Below, piece by piece: positions 36,581 through 47,900 of a DNA stretch of 64,000 nt. The translations under genes and the position numbers were made by a program. Origin of the DNA: Oculina patagonica (lineage: Eukaryota). Below the pieces are notes generated by a model that worked only from the letters and a program-made list of their open reading frames with translations, made no database searches and was not told the origin of the DNA. The DNA is taken from contig NC_135763.1 of the NCBI RefSeq assembly GCF_052425735.1, forward strand, positions 38,316,001 through 38,380,000, read 5' to 3'. Position 1 is the first letter of the stretch. Each line of letters starts with the position of its first letter.

Positions 36581-37042
36581 AAGAGGGGCCTGAAGGGGTA
36601 AAATGAGAACTGGGATTTGGGCAAATTTTCACTGGGAAAATGGGATTTGGATAACTGGGACTGGGAATCACAAACAAATAAGCAATAGAACTGGGACTGG
36701 GATTTAGAAAATTGGGAAAACAATAGGCTGGGAAATGGGGCTTGGGCAAAATTTGGGCTGGGAAATGAGATTTTATACCCTCTCCCCCTTCAGGACACCC
36801 ATTTAAGGAATGAATATGGAACTGAGACCTTGCTTTTTTGCTGAATGGGATAGCACTCAAGATTGCCTCCCACCTTATTGAAACAAGAATGGGAACACCT
36901 TCTTTCCGGGTTAAAGAAAGGGGCCATCTTCAGGGTTAGGGTTGGGGTTGGAAAGAAGAAAGGTCAAATTATCAGCTAACTAAATACAACTTTCTGTTTG
37001 CATTATTATTTTTCCTGCCAGACTGATTTGTAGTCATTCCAA

Positions 37043-38449
37043 ATGGTCGATATAACAGAAAAATCAAGGTCCTTCCCATTGACGTCAAAGTTTCCTGGTC
37101 AGCTTTGGTACAGGGCCAAGGCTGCTGTCTATCTGTGCATGTTACTTGCAGCAACACCATTCTGTCTTTTATTAACCATTTGTTATTGGTTGTTTGGAAG
37201 AAGGACCAAAGATGGTGAACATATTGAAGAATCCCTCAGGCGTACTGTGTTGGTATCAGGTGTAGTTCACACCAAGGGCCTACACGTTGCCAAAACCTTG
37301 GCAAAAGCTGGTCATCGAGTAATATTGGCTGATACTAAAGAGTTCTGGTGTGCTGCGGCTCAGTGGTCATGCTTCATTTCCAAATTCTACACTGTACCAA
37401 ATTTAAATTCCCAGGATGGCAATGAGGAATATATCAATGGCATGATCAACATTGCTAAAATGGAGAAGATTGATTGGTATATTCCAGTAAGCCATACCAA
37501 GACAGCTGTGTCTGATACAATCATCAAACAGCGTCTTGCCGAGGTGAATCCACAAATCAAGTGTCTTGTTTTTGATGATCCAAAGCTCACAGCTATTCTT
37601 GATGATAAACTGCTTTTCCTAGAGGAATGCCAAAGACTAAACCTTCTGGTACCATACTTTAAACAAGTTAACAGCTCAAAAGAGGTCTCTGAATTGGCTA
37701 AGAAGGGACTTTTTTCAAAAGGTCACTACTTTCTTAAACCTTTGATGCCATATTCTGTGGACCGAGAAAACTTCACCCACATACCAAGCAATCCAATGGA
37801 ATTTGAGAAGTACATTGCCTGCTATGAATCAAAGCTTAACAGTAACAATCCATACCTTGTCCACCAGTTTATAAAAGGGAAAGAATTTGCAGCCAATTCC
37901 ATTGTTGTGGAGGGACATCTCCAAGCTTTCCATGTCTGCCCTTGTTCACCAGTGCAGATTGACTATGATGTCGTCAAACATCCAGAGATCAAAAAATGGG
38001 TGGAAACATTTTGCAAAGCCAAGCAGCTCACTGGATGTGTTTGCTTTGATTTCCTTGAGGATGAGACAACTGGAGACATTTACTGCATAGAGTGCAATCC
38101 GCGCCTTCATTCGGGTGTGGTTTCCTACCACATGCAGCCCAATCTTGAAAGAGCCATTCGCGGTGCCATGGATTTTCAATTTCAGTTGTCGACAGCATTA
38201 GAGCCTCCTGTTACTTCTACTCATGTCTACTGGCTATACAATGAAATTGCCAAAGTTGGTCTTTTCCAGCAAGGTCTTGGAGAATTTGCTGCCACTTTAT
38301 GGACTGGCAAGGAAGCAGTTCTGGATCCAAGTGACCCACTGCCATTCTTTATGTTGAATCATTGGCAAATGCCTGTTTTGCTATTACAAGCACTCATTAG
38401 TGGAAAAAGATGGGATATTACAAATTACTGCCTTGGACAACTAAGGTAG
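37043..38449 (+). CDS. mysC: Mycosporine-like amino acid ATP-grasp ligase (MysC / Ava_3856-like), intronless CDS, 468 aa
   Basis: Colinear MysC motifs: N-terminal hydrophobic helix, TVLVSG..TK.L..A..L..AGHRVIL, KFYTVP, IDWYIPV, LDDK, QFIKGKEF, FDF, IECNPRLHS, YWLYNE, GKEAV..DPLPF.MLNHWQMP.LLL, W....Y..G.L. Confidence 0.85.
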   Translation: MVDITEKSRSFPLTSKFPGQLWYRAKAAVYLCMLLAATPFCLLLTICYWLFGRRTKDGEHIEESLRRTVLVSGVVHTKGLHVAKTLAKAGHRVILADTKEFWCAAAQWSCFISKFYTVPNLNSQDGNEEYINGMINIAKMEKIDWYIPVSHTKTAVSDTIIKQRLAEVNPQIKCLVFDDPKLTAILDDKLLFLEECQRLNLLVPYFKQVNSSKEVSELAKKGLFSKGHYFLKPLMPYSVDRENFTHIPSNPMEFEKYIACYESKLNSNNPYLVHQFIKGKEFAANSIVVEGHLQAFHVCPCSPVQIDYDVVKHPEIKKWVETFCKAKQLTGCVCFDFLEDETTGDIYCIECNPRLHSGVVSYHMQPNLERAIRGAMDFQFQLSTALEPPVTSTHVYWLYNEIAKVGLFQQGLGEFAATLWTGKEAVLDPSDPLPFFMLNHWQMPVLLLQALISGKRWDITNYCLGQLR

Positions 38450-38668
38450 TCTGATTCTCATTTGAGATTGTGCAAACTCCCGGGAGAGATGTCTGCATCA
38501 ATTAATTTTCAAGAACATATTCCTAGAACTCCCCTGCTAAGAAATAAGGCCACTATTGATAATGCTGAACAAAAATATCATAACATGGATTAATTTCATT
38601 TCTTAACATTTGTTGAAAATGTATCATGATGGTCATGATGGTGCTGATAGGTATCATAATTATCAATT

Positions 38669-38919
38669 CAGGGTTCGTACACTTTTTCAGGCCAAAAATT
38701 CAAGGACTTTTCAAGGACTTACCAGGACCGTTCTTGGAAATTTCAAGGACTTCTTTCATGAAATTTACCCCAAATCAACAGTTGATGTGCTTGCTGAAGA
38801 ACTAAAAAAATCGCTTATTTTGGCAGTCTTCTCATTGCCTTGAAGCCTTTTGACGGACTTTCAAGGCCTTGAATTTTTATTTTGAGATTCAAGGACTTTC
38901 AAGGCGTGTGTGAACCCTG
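38669..38919. mobile_element. MITE, CAGGGTTC termini, 6-bp TSD
   Basis: TCAATT|CAGGGTTCG...GAACCCTG|TCAATT; internal TTTCAAGGAC repeats. Confidence 0.75.
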
Positions 38920-39653
38920 TCAATTTGTACAGAATGTAAACAGGGTTCTTGCAGTGACCTTGTTTATTGGTGATATTACAGGCCAACAATGCAAAAATTA
39001 TCACTGAGTTAAAACACTTCAGTTTAGAGAAATATGGCATCAGGGTCCCACAGGGAAGAAGCCGAAATGCAGGAGCCCTAAGAATTTTGCCTGGAGCCTG
39101 GAACTCCATGATGTAACTACATGGTGCCCTGATATTATCTTGCTACAGAATCTTGAACCCTGAAAATACTTGCCGTAGAGCCCAGAGACTGACGCCTGAC
39201 GTGGGGTTGAGCAGGACCCCTGGAACCTTGCTTTTTTGGGCATGTAGACCTGGAGTCCTTAAACCTTTGGGACCCTGAGGCAAGCCTTGATCTAACAGTT
39301 GTTGCCATTTTTGATGAAACAAATGAGTCAAGTTAGTTGGTAAACACAAGTAAATAATTATAGTTGATCAACCTTCTCTTCTTACTTTTACTCCTATTTG
39401 CTGAACGATGTTCTTTTAAAACTAAGGCAGCAAAGAAACAAGGCTTGTCAAAGTAAAAGCTAATTTAAATTCTCTTCTAATATAATTAGCATCCTTGCAG
39501 TCAATCAACTGTTACTTCTGATTGCGGCTCAATTATTTTATGGCAGATTTACTGAAGTATTGGCATCCCAAATTTGTGATGTGTTTTTTTTATTTGCGCA
39601 AACAGGACAAGCAGCTAAACAGCTTTTGCTGTTAGTATAGCTGTTGAGCAAAA

Positions 39654-39820
39654 CAGTCAACTCTCTCTAAAACAGACACCTTTAGGACTGGCTCCAACTG
39701 TCCATCTTAGAGGGCTGTCTGTCTTGTAGGGAGTTAAGTTACAGTAAAATGACTGAAAATGGCAGGGACCATAACCAGGTGTTCGTCTTATGGAGGTGTC
39801 TGTTAAGAGAGAGTTGACTG
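39654..39820. mobile_element. CAGTCAACTCTC-family MITE
   Basis: CAGTCAACTCTCTC...GAGAGAGTTGACTG|TA. Confidence 0.8.
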
Positions 39821-40246
39821 TACTTCACTGTGGTACAACTGCTGTTTATTACCTTTAAGTCTGAATGAAACCCTTGTGTGTTATCATTCAAATAAAAGCT
39901 TTCTAATAGCACTTTTATGGTGCTGGTACTGTTTGTTCTGTATCAGAAAAAAAACCAAGCATGTGTCCATTTAAGAAGTTCATCCATACATTGCTGCTCG
40001 TTTTTCAGTAGGTTACAAACTAGAAATTGGGATTTTTAATTTGAAGGAGTGAAATGGGTTAATGAAGTGGAAACAGTAACGCCTTTAGTTCACAGTACAG
40101 TACTTATTAAATAATATATAAGAAATTTAAGGAAAGTTGTCCAAAAGTCACTTGGGTGTTCTTGTCGATTTGTTGCTTCTTCCTCATTTCTTCTTTCCTG
40201 CAAGGCCAGCTGATCTTGTAGCATTTAACTGCCTTTTCGTTATTTA

Positions 40247-43200
40247 TTATTTCTTTTTCTTCTGCTTGAGTTTGTGTGAGATCATGTGCTTTGCAATCCC
40301 AGTGGCAATGTCCTCTGCTGTCTTATTTTGGCCAAAATATTCAGCAAATTCACCAGAAGGATCCACAAGGTATTGAATGATGGTGTGGTCAACCTGTAGA
40401 AAAAAAAAGTGATAAAAATGACTACAGATATCAGTATTGAAGGACATCCATTACAGGGAATGATGTCAGCAAAACCTCTGTGGAATTTATGGCCACTGGT
40501 TTACATTGATACATACATTAACATACATACATTCTGTATTCAAGACGCAAAATTACAAGTAAGAAAAACAAGAAAAAAAAGGCATCTAGAAAAGGAAGTT
40601 ACGAGGTTATCCCTATATAAAAACTCCCTAAAATAGTTTATGTAAAGGGTTATGTACAGCAAAGGGTCTATGTTACATGACCAATGACTTGAACAATGAT
40701 CCTTTATACTTATTAGGTAATTAGGTAAAACATTCTTGTTAATTGAAAATGGTGTTCTAGACTTTCTTAAAGTCTTTTTCAAAATTTTTTGGTTTCAAAG
40801 AACTCTTGTTGTTTCATTACTTGCTATAAACTTAAGTCTGTTTTAGGTCACCCTCAAGTAAGAGGGTAATGTGTGCTCTAAACTTGACTAAGAGTTTGAC
40901 TCCAGGCAAGTTAAGAAATTGTGATGAAAAAAATAATGCCTAAAATATTTTTATGCAACGTTAAAATATTGCAATAAATAATAAATTATTCATTAAATTA
41001 TGCTACACACGTACAATGTAGTCATTGTCTTCATCTGCTGGTCCTTGACTAAAGTACACCCTGTATGCCTTGCAAACCTGTTTTACTTGCTCAAGTGAAC
41101 CCGTCAGACCCAGGAGACGGGGATGAAATTCTGCCACAAACACAAACATTTGTCATAGATTATCTTTATTAACTTTTTGACTTCATTAGGATTCACTACA
41201 TTAAAAGTTGTAAGCAAAATCTCAAAGGGCAGAAGTTCACTTGGTGCAGGTAGTAAAAAGTTCATATATGTATGTAACTTGTAGAAATTAAGTGAAACAT
41301 AGGTTTAGTGATTACAGTCAACTCTCGCCTTGCAGACACCTCGCTATTACGGACATGAATTGAAGTCCCGGGGAATAGGAATTACTAAAAATAACTCCCG
41401 CTACTACGGACTTTCTCTATTACGGACACAAATTGTGGTCCCGAAGGTGTCCATTATAGTGGGAGTTGACTGTATTTCGTTTAAAACTCTTTTGCCTGAA
41501 GCTTACTAAGCAAAAGTTTATTTTCAAATTAAAATTTAATATAATATTATATTCTAGGTAGTACCTTAGGAAGAAGTGATGGTACAGGTAGAGTTTGGTT
41601 CTAGAATTATACTTGACTCCAAAGATTCTTACACATTAACAAAACGAAACCTAGCACTGCAGGACGTTCATTGGGATCACAAAGGTTAGAGGTAGGGTGT
41701 CCAATAATTACTTAGGGGTGCAAAAAATTTTAAGTATGGATTTGGCTACAGCTGGGAGAACCTGGGAGTTTTTCAGACTGATTAATTTTTTTCTGAAGTT
41801 ACCTTGTACATATTGCTTTACAGCCTCTACATCATCCCGTACTGGATCAACTGTGATGAAGAGGGGTTGAAGCTCGGCAATTTTTTGCTTGTCTAAAATG
41901 AATACACGAGAAATTATTAATATTCTTCTGAGGAACTTTTTTTTATTTATTTTAGTTTTTAAAAATTTCAAACTGCAACTAGCATAATTTCAGCCAAAGC
42001 AGATGCTCCTGTACAGGGATGTCGCCAAGGGCCGGCTGCTGGCTAATTTGACCGGCTAAGAGATCTAAGAAAAAAAAAAACTTTTAGAGCTGCCAAGGGC
42101 AGAAAAGCAAGCTGGACTTGTTGATTAGCCAGCTTAGTGTTTTCTTAGCTACATCTTTGCCTGTATAAAAAATTAAAAAAATACATTTGGCCATCAATGG
42201 TCACAAAATTGGTAATTTTACTAATTTTGGTAGCTCTTTCTACAATTTCTGTCATCCATCTAGTTCCAGTTCACATTTTGTTTTTGCACAGGGTCTATTG
42301 ATCATGCAAAGAAAGACGTCTGATTTCTCGGGTTCCTGAATAGCTTACCAACAATGTCAATGGCCTGTCCCATTTTTTCCAACTCATCAGGACAGATATC
42401 AGGACAGTGGGTGAAGCCAAAGTACAACAAGATCCATTTGCCGTGGAAATCCTTGTCAGTAACTGCATTTCCATTGTGATCTGTTAAACTGAAGGGTCCA
42501 CCAAGTGCAACTTTTCCTATTGATCGACTCATTTCCTTCTCTTTCACTGAATTTTAACAAAACAAATAGCAGAGTGAGTTAATTTTGTTACTGGAAAAAT
42601 GTGCATCAGATCTTTTGAATAAACAAACAACAAACCAAGCCACATGATTATGCACAACATGCAACCTTTCATTTATTTTAGTGTGATAACACCTGAGAAC
42701 AAGGCTACTGGTTTTCGTACCTCGTTGTTTTTCCTCCTTTAGATGACGTACATAAAGGAGGAGGCCCCCACCAGCAAGTGCACAAAGTGCTAAGGAGGCC
42801 CATGTCACAGGGCCTCTTTTGGTTGATCGTTCAAAAGCTTCATCAACAGATTTTTTATTTGATTTCTGTGCAGTCTGTTTCAGTTGATTCCTTGAGGAGC
42901 CCATCAGACTTCTGCTTTGAAAGTAGTTGGGGACAGGCTTCACCTGAAAAAGGATAATATTAATATTTAACATCTTGGTAATATCAAAGTACTGGTGTAT
43001 TAAGTCACTGCCAATAGTTGATTGTGGGGAGCCCTGTAAGGAGGGTAGCCATCTGGAATCTCCAAGCCTACAAGCAGGCTCATGTTTGGAGCCTTGCAAA
43101 AGTGAGTTGGTTAGCAAAGTATGCCAACGAGGAAACTTTACTTTGCTCAGACATACCGAGCATGACATTCCAAAAATGAGCCTGCACACAGGCTGGCCTA

Positions 43201-44346
43201 CAAAGTCAACCTCACCTGACAACCGACTTGTTATTTTAATGACCACTTTCCTTTGTTTTGCCCAAACAAAAACTAAGTCAGTTGTTTCCTTATTTAATAA
43301 CTTTGTTAAAATTCCCTCACTGACCACCTGACAAAACAACCAGTTTTGGGAGCTTGTTGACTTTTGGATAAACTGCAGTCCATTGTACTCCAGGTGCTAA
43401 GAGAACAGAGGAATCCATGAACAGTTTAATGACAGAACTCTGAGCTCCAAACTATCCTAAGCACCAACATTCCATACCCCAATAGAATTTAGAGAGTCTG
43501 TTATAGAAGGATGGTAATGGAGTAACTTACATATCGTGATTTGGACAAAAATGAACTTTTTATGCATCAGTCAATTCCAGCAGTGCCCACCCCCCCTCCC
43601 CGGGCAACCGCGGGGCATTTCCTAATGTTGCCCGTCCCGAGGGTGGGGCATTTGCGTACCTCAGGTTGACCCCCAGGCATTTGACACGTGCTTTTAAAAC
43701 CGTGGAGTGAGTCGCGTATTCGTGATGGAGGCGTTTATAGGCCAAGAAGTGGACTATGTTGCAGATTAGCTAGTTCATGGATGTTTTTAAAGGTATATTT
43801 TCTCAATTTTAGATATTTCTTCATTGCTAAGAAGCAACAACTTGTTTTATATTCTTATATCACCTATCGAGAGATTGAAAACAATCAACCCGGGAGCGGG
43901 GCATTTGCCCGGTTCCTTCATCCCCCTCCCCGGCTTCTTCTACTGGCGCAAAACTGTCAGTTGGTGCTGCTGTGCAAAGTACCATCCCTGATTTTCCTGA
44001 TTGCCATATGTGTAATATGACTTTACTGATATTCACCACTCCTCAGTAAATACTTAGTTTGCCTATTATCAACACGCACCCTAAATGACTCAGAACGTTT
44101 TCAACTTTTCTGCTGCGTATTAAACGGGAGGCAAATTATTGCATAAGCCAGGCTTACCTCTGCCAAATGCGCTTCCAACCTTCCACGCCAAGCCGTTTGG
44201 TGGAGCCACGCCTTAGGTAGTCTTAACCGTTGTACGCTTTGTCTCAACATCCTCGATTTCTGATTGGCAACTACAAGTAATGCAAAATGAGAAGAGAAAA
44301 TTTTACGGAGCTACGCGGAAGAACTACGCTTCAGATATGCCGCCAT
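40247..44346 (-). CDS. SCO1: Cytochrome c oxidase copper chaperone SCO1/SCO2 homolog; exons 44158-44346, 42721-42943, 42349-42546, 41803-41892, 41015-41130, 40247-40393
   Basis: [24 protein letters not shown] (CxxxC), [20 protein letters not shown] (His ligand), Arg-rich presequence and a single TM; splice phases are consistent. Confidence 0.95.
41315..41472. mobile_element. CAGTCAACTCTC-family MITE
   Basis: TA|CAGTCAACTCTC...GGGAGTTGACTG|TA. Confidence 0.8.
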
Positions 44347-44900
44347 GTTTGTTTCTAAAGGCGCGGCTGCTTAGTAATGCACAGTCCCAGTCCCTCTCAC
44401 GAAGTCGTGGTTACTAAGCTGACCGCTGTCATGGCCGCCGTGTTTTGTTGTTTGGCGGGTGCAATCGACTTGAAAGTTGACAGCCTTTAAATAACAGCTT
44501 ATTTACCTGTTGGACTGCCTATACTTTATTGATTAACTCTTTACGTATTGAAATGGGAACTAGACATCTTGTGTAGTATTGTTGGACTGGATTTACGTGG
44601 AAAAAAGACTTTTTACGGGAGAGATTTGTCTAAAGCGCCTGATCAAGAAAGACTGACAAGCGACTTTTGCGATGGTGACTTGTTATTTTGCTGTACTACA
44701 TTCTAACACACTGGCATTTCAGAAACTCTGTAACCTTCCGTGACTAAAACGTTGAAACTAGATACTGTTGCACATGGAAATGGTTGTCATTGGAGACAGA
44801 TCAGTTGTCGAATTTTATTAAAATTGAGTTATAGGAGACAAACATATATTGATACATTTGTACAAAAAGGCATAACAAAACAACAAGACCAGTGGCCAAT
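44347..44900. promoter_or_regulatory. Head-to-head promoter region SCO1 / CFAP74
   Basis: Start codons diverge 555 bp apart; X-box-like GTTGTCATTGGAGAC at ~44783, consistent with an RFX-regulated ciliary gene. Confidence 0.55.
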
Positions 44901-47900
44901 ATGGAAGTGGTGGATTTAGAAAAAACGTCTGTTGGTGACACAATGGAAGAACATGGAATTTATGACACAACTGAGCAAACAGCTGAACCCGATACTAACG
45001 GCGAAGTGACCCAAGATGAAGTTGATAAATTTCCACAAAACAATTGGCAATTTTCTGATGAAGGTAAGAGAAGAGAGTCTGGAAAGTTACAGAATGTCTG
45101 AGGAGAATTTTTTTTCATGAAGCTAGTGGAAAAAAATATATAAATGTTTTTCCATATATATCTGCTTGACATGTACATTAAGCTGTGTGAAGTACAATTC
45201 TACTACAACCCTCCAAGTTTATTTTTTCCTTAGTGGCCATTTGGCCACCAACTACTCAAGTTTGATCGCCAGTGAAAAGTTTTAGTCACCAAATTAAGCT
45301 GATGCTTTCAATCATTCCTCTCAATTTTAGTCGCCAGGCTGGCGACCTTGGTTCAAATTTAGTCGCCACCTCCAAAATTTTAGTCGCCATGGCGACTAAA
45401 TTGGTCTTAACTTGGAGGGTTGTACTAAGTACATGTAAAGAGAATAAAATTGTAATAATTTTGGGCTAAACTGTAGAATACCGGGCCACTAATTTGCATC
45501 TCATTGAATTTGAATGGTTCCTTTTGTTTCTACTATGCTTCGTTCTTAAAGCGTTCAGAGATATGTAAATAAGTGGCCCGGTATTGTAAAATCGCTCCTA
45601 ATTTTGAAAGGAAACAATTAGTTTCCCTCAAAAGAAATTCATGCAACCTTCAGTGGGAAAGTGAAACGATAACAAAAGGTAATTATTCACTTGATGCCAA
45701 TGAGGTACACATTATTTACTGCAACAGCTTTAGCTGTATGTTCTTTTTAGTGAAACATGTATTGTAAGATCCTCGGATCCGGAATACAGGTCAGTTTTTT
45801 TTTATGGTGGATTATCATCATTCAACTCTTGATGACTCATGTTGGGTTTTATTACCGATACAAACAGTTAGAAAAATTATTTCTTTATTGCCATACAGGA
45901 CCAATTGAGTATGAGAGTGACCCTTCATCTGATATTGACAAGAATTACTTCAGTGATCAGGAATCACTCACAGGGTAAGGCTACTGAGCTATTGATTTCA
46001 TTCTTTTTAGTAACTGCATCCCTGATGATCTTACCCTGAATTAATAACCTCTCAGCTACTGGGTTAGTAACTTTGTTAAAGCTACGAGCCCATATTCAGC
46101 ACAGCTATTTAAGAAAGGATGTCCTACACAAGGATGTGACAATGCTGAAATATAGTAAATTATAGGGGTAGCTTACTGTTATTGTGTTGAAGTCCATCTC
46201 CCAAAACCTTTCCCATCCATATTGGCCTTCATCACAGTTCTTCACAGATTCTGGTATTGAAGCGTATGTTTTCAGACAATGTTTCTCACAACAGCTGAAA
46301 ACTACCGTAGACTGTTTCAATTGTCACTGGGCTAGTAGCTCTGTAAGTTGAATCATCCACAGACTTCACTTTGATAATATTGTTGATCAAAATGATGCTA
46401 ATAATTTAAGTTTCGTTCTTTCTACCAAACAAGTTAGTATTATCCTTTAACATCACCCAATTTTCCACCTGTGTAGCCTCAGGTTATTAGGCTAGCAGGG
46501 GATTTATTGAATTCTAAAATTATCTGTTAATTTTAAATTTTTATTTGCAATTTACAGAAGTATGGATGGTGGAATGGAAGAAGATGAGTATGCATCTGAT
46601 CCAATCACTCAGCAAAGGAGACAGGTTAGTTAGCTGTGTCAATCAGCAATACATTGTCTCCTTCCATAGTCTGTAGAGCCCAGTAAAAAAAATGACATGA
46701 TGTGTCATGCACCCAGTCCTGTCTCAGCTGCAACTGGTATGTTGGAGATTTAAGGTAATTAAAAATATTCTCGACTATAAGTCAGTCTGGTAATGTAATA
46801 TTACTTACTAGTTAGTAATACAGTGATCTTGAAATGTCAGTTTGTTTTTATCAGAAAGTTATTGCTGAGTAACAACCAATCAGATACACTGTAGTGTTGC
46901 ATCATCAACTTGTAATTTTTCAGCTTATATCTTAGACATGTGACGAGGAAAAGTATCTGCTTTCCCAAAAGGCAATAATCCAGTTATTTAATGTGTAACT
47001 ATTTAATTGCAGGAGAAATTACAGCGTCTGGCACTAAGACGTCATCTTGATGAACTAAGTGAGCAAGTTCTGGAAAAAGACTACCTTGTGTCACAGTTCA
47101 GGTGATTGATACGTTCTTTGAATAGTGCAGCCACTACTCATGTTATTGCACAGTCAGTAAGGAGTAGAGTCAATTTTAAGTTAAATAAATTATTTGTTGA
47201 GTTGTTTTCTGTGGCAAATGATATTAAGACAGCTTGATGCAAACACTTATAATAATAATAACAATCTTTTATTATGAAGCTCCATCACTAAAAGTGGTTT
47301 ACATAGAGGTCCTAACACTAGATAATTAAAATCAATAAGTTATATATTATAATGGTTATGTTTAGGACAACTGAGAGTTCTCTTGTGTCTGCATTAGACT
47401 AGAGTATGTTATTATCAGGCAGTGATCTGGAGCAGTATAATGTAATCCTTATTTAACCAAGTAGTACAAAGCTCTGACTAGACTAAAGCATGAGTTGCTT
47501 GATGACAATCGATTATTTTTTTTATTTATAGAGAGGAGCTAAATAAATGTCAAGAACATGTAGAACAACTTCAGAAAGACAAAGAATTGGTCAGCAATGA
47601 AATTGATGAAGCACAGACTCAAAACAACATGTAAGTAATTTTATTTGTGGGCATCAAGCAAAAACCACTTTCCAATTCCATCTTTCCCTTGTGGGCGTTA
47701 AAAACTAAAATTATGCAAAAATTAAAATTATGGCTTCATGGATGGTCAGGTTAGACTCAGTACAGGTGATAAACAAATCTGACAATTAAAAATTAATTTG
47801 TGATCATCCAAATTATGCTCCACCCTATTTTAATATGCTCCTCAGAGAGTGCTTATAGTGGAGCTCCCCAGCGACCCGAAGGGCCGCAGAGTGGAGCCCC

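Noticed and set aside
37043-38449. Bacterial or symbiont contamination
   Set aside because: Host-like base composition; contiguous with intron-rich animal genes and host MITEs; no operon context.
42944-43339. N-terminal extension of the 261-aa SCO ORF
   Set aside because: Intronic read-through; acceptor at 42944 and a better exon 1 at 44158-44346.
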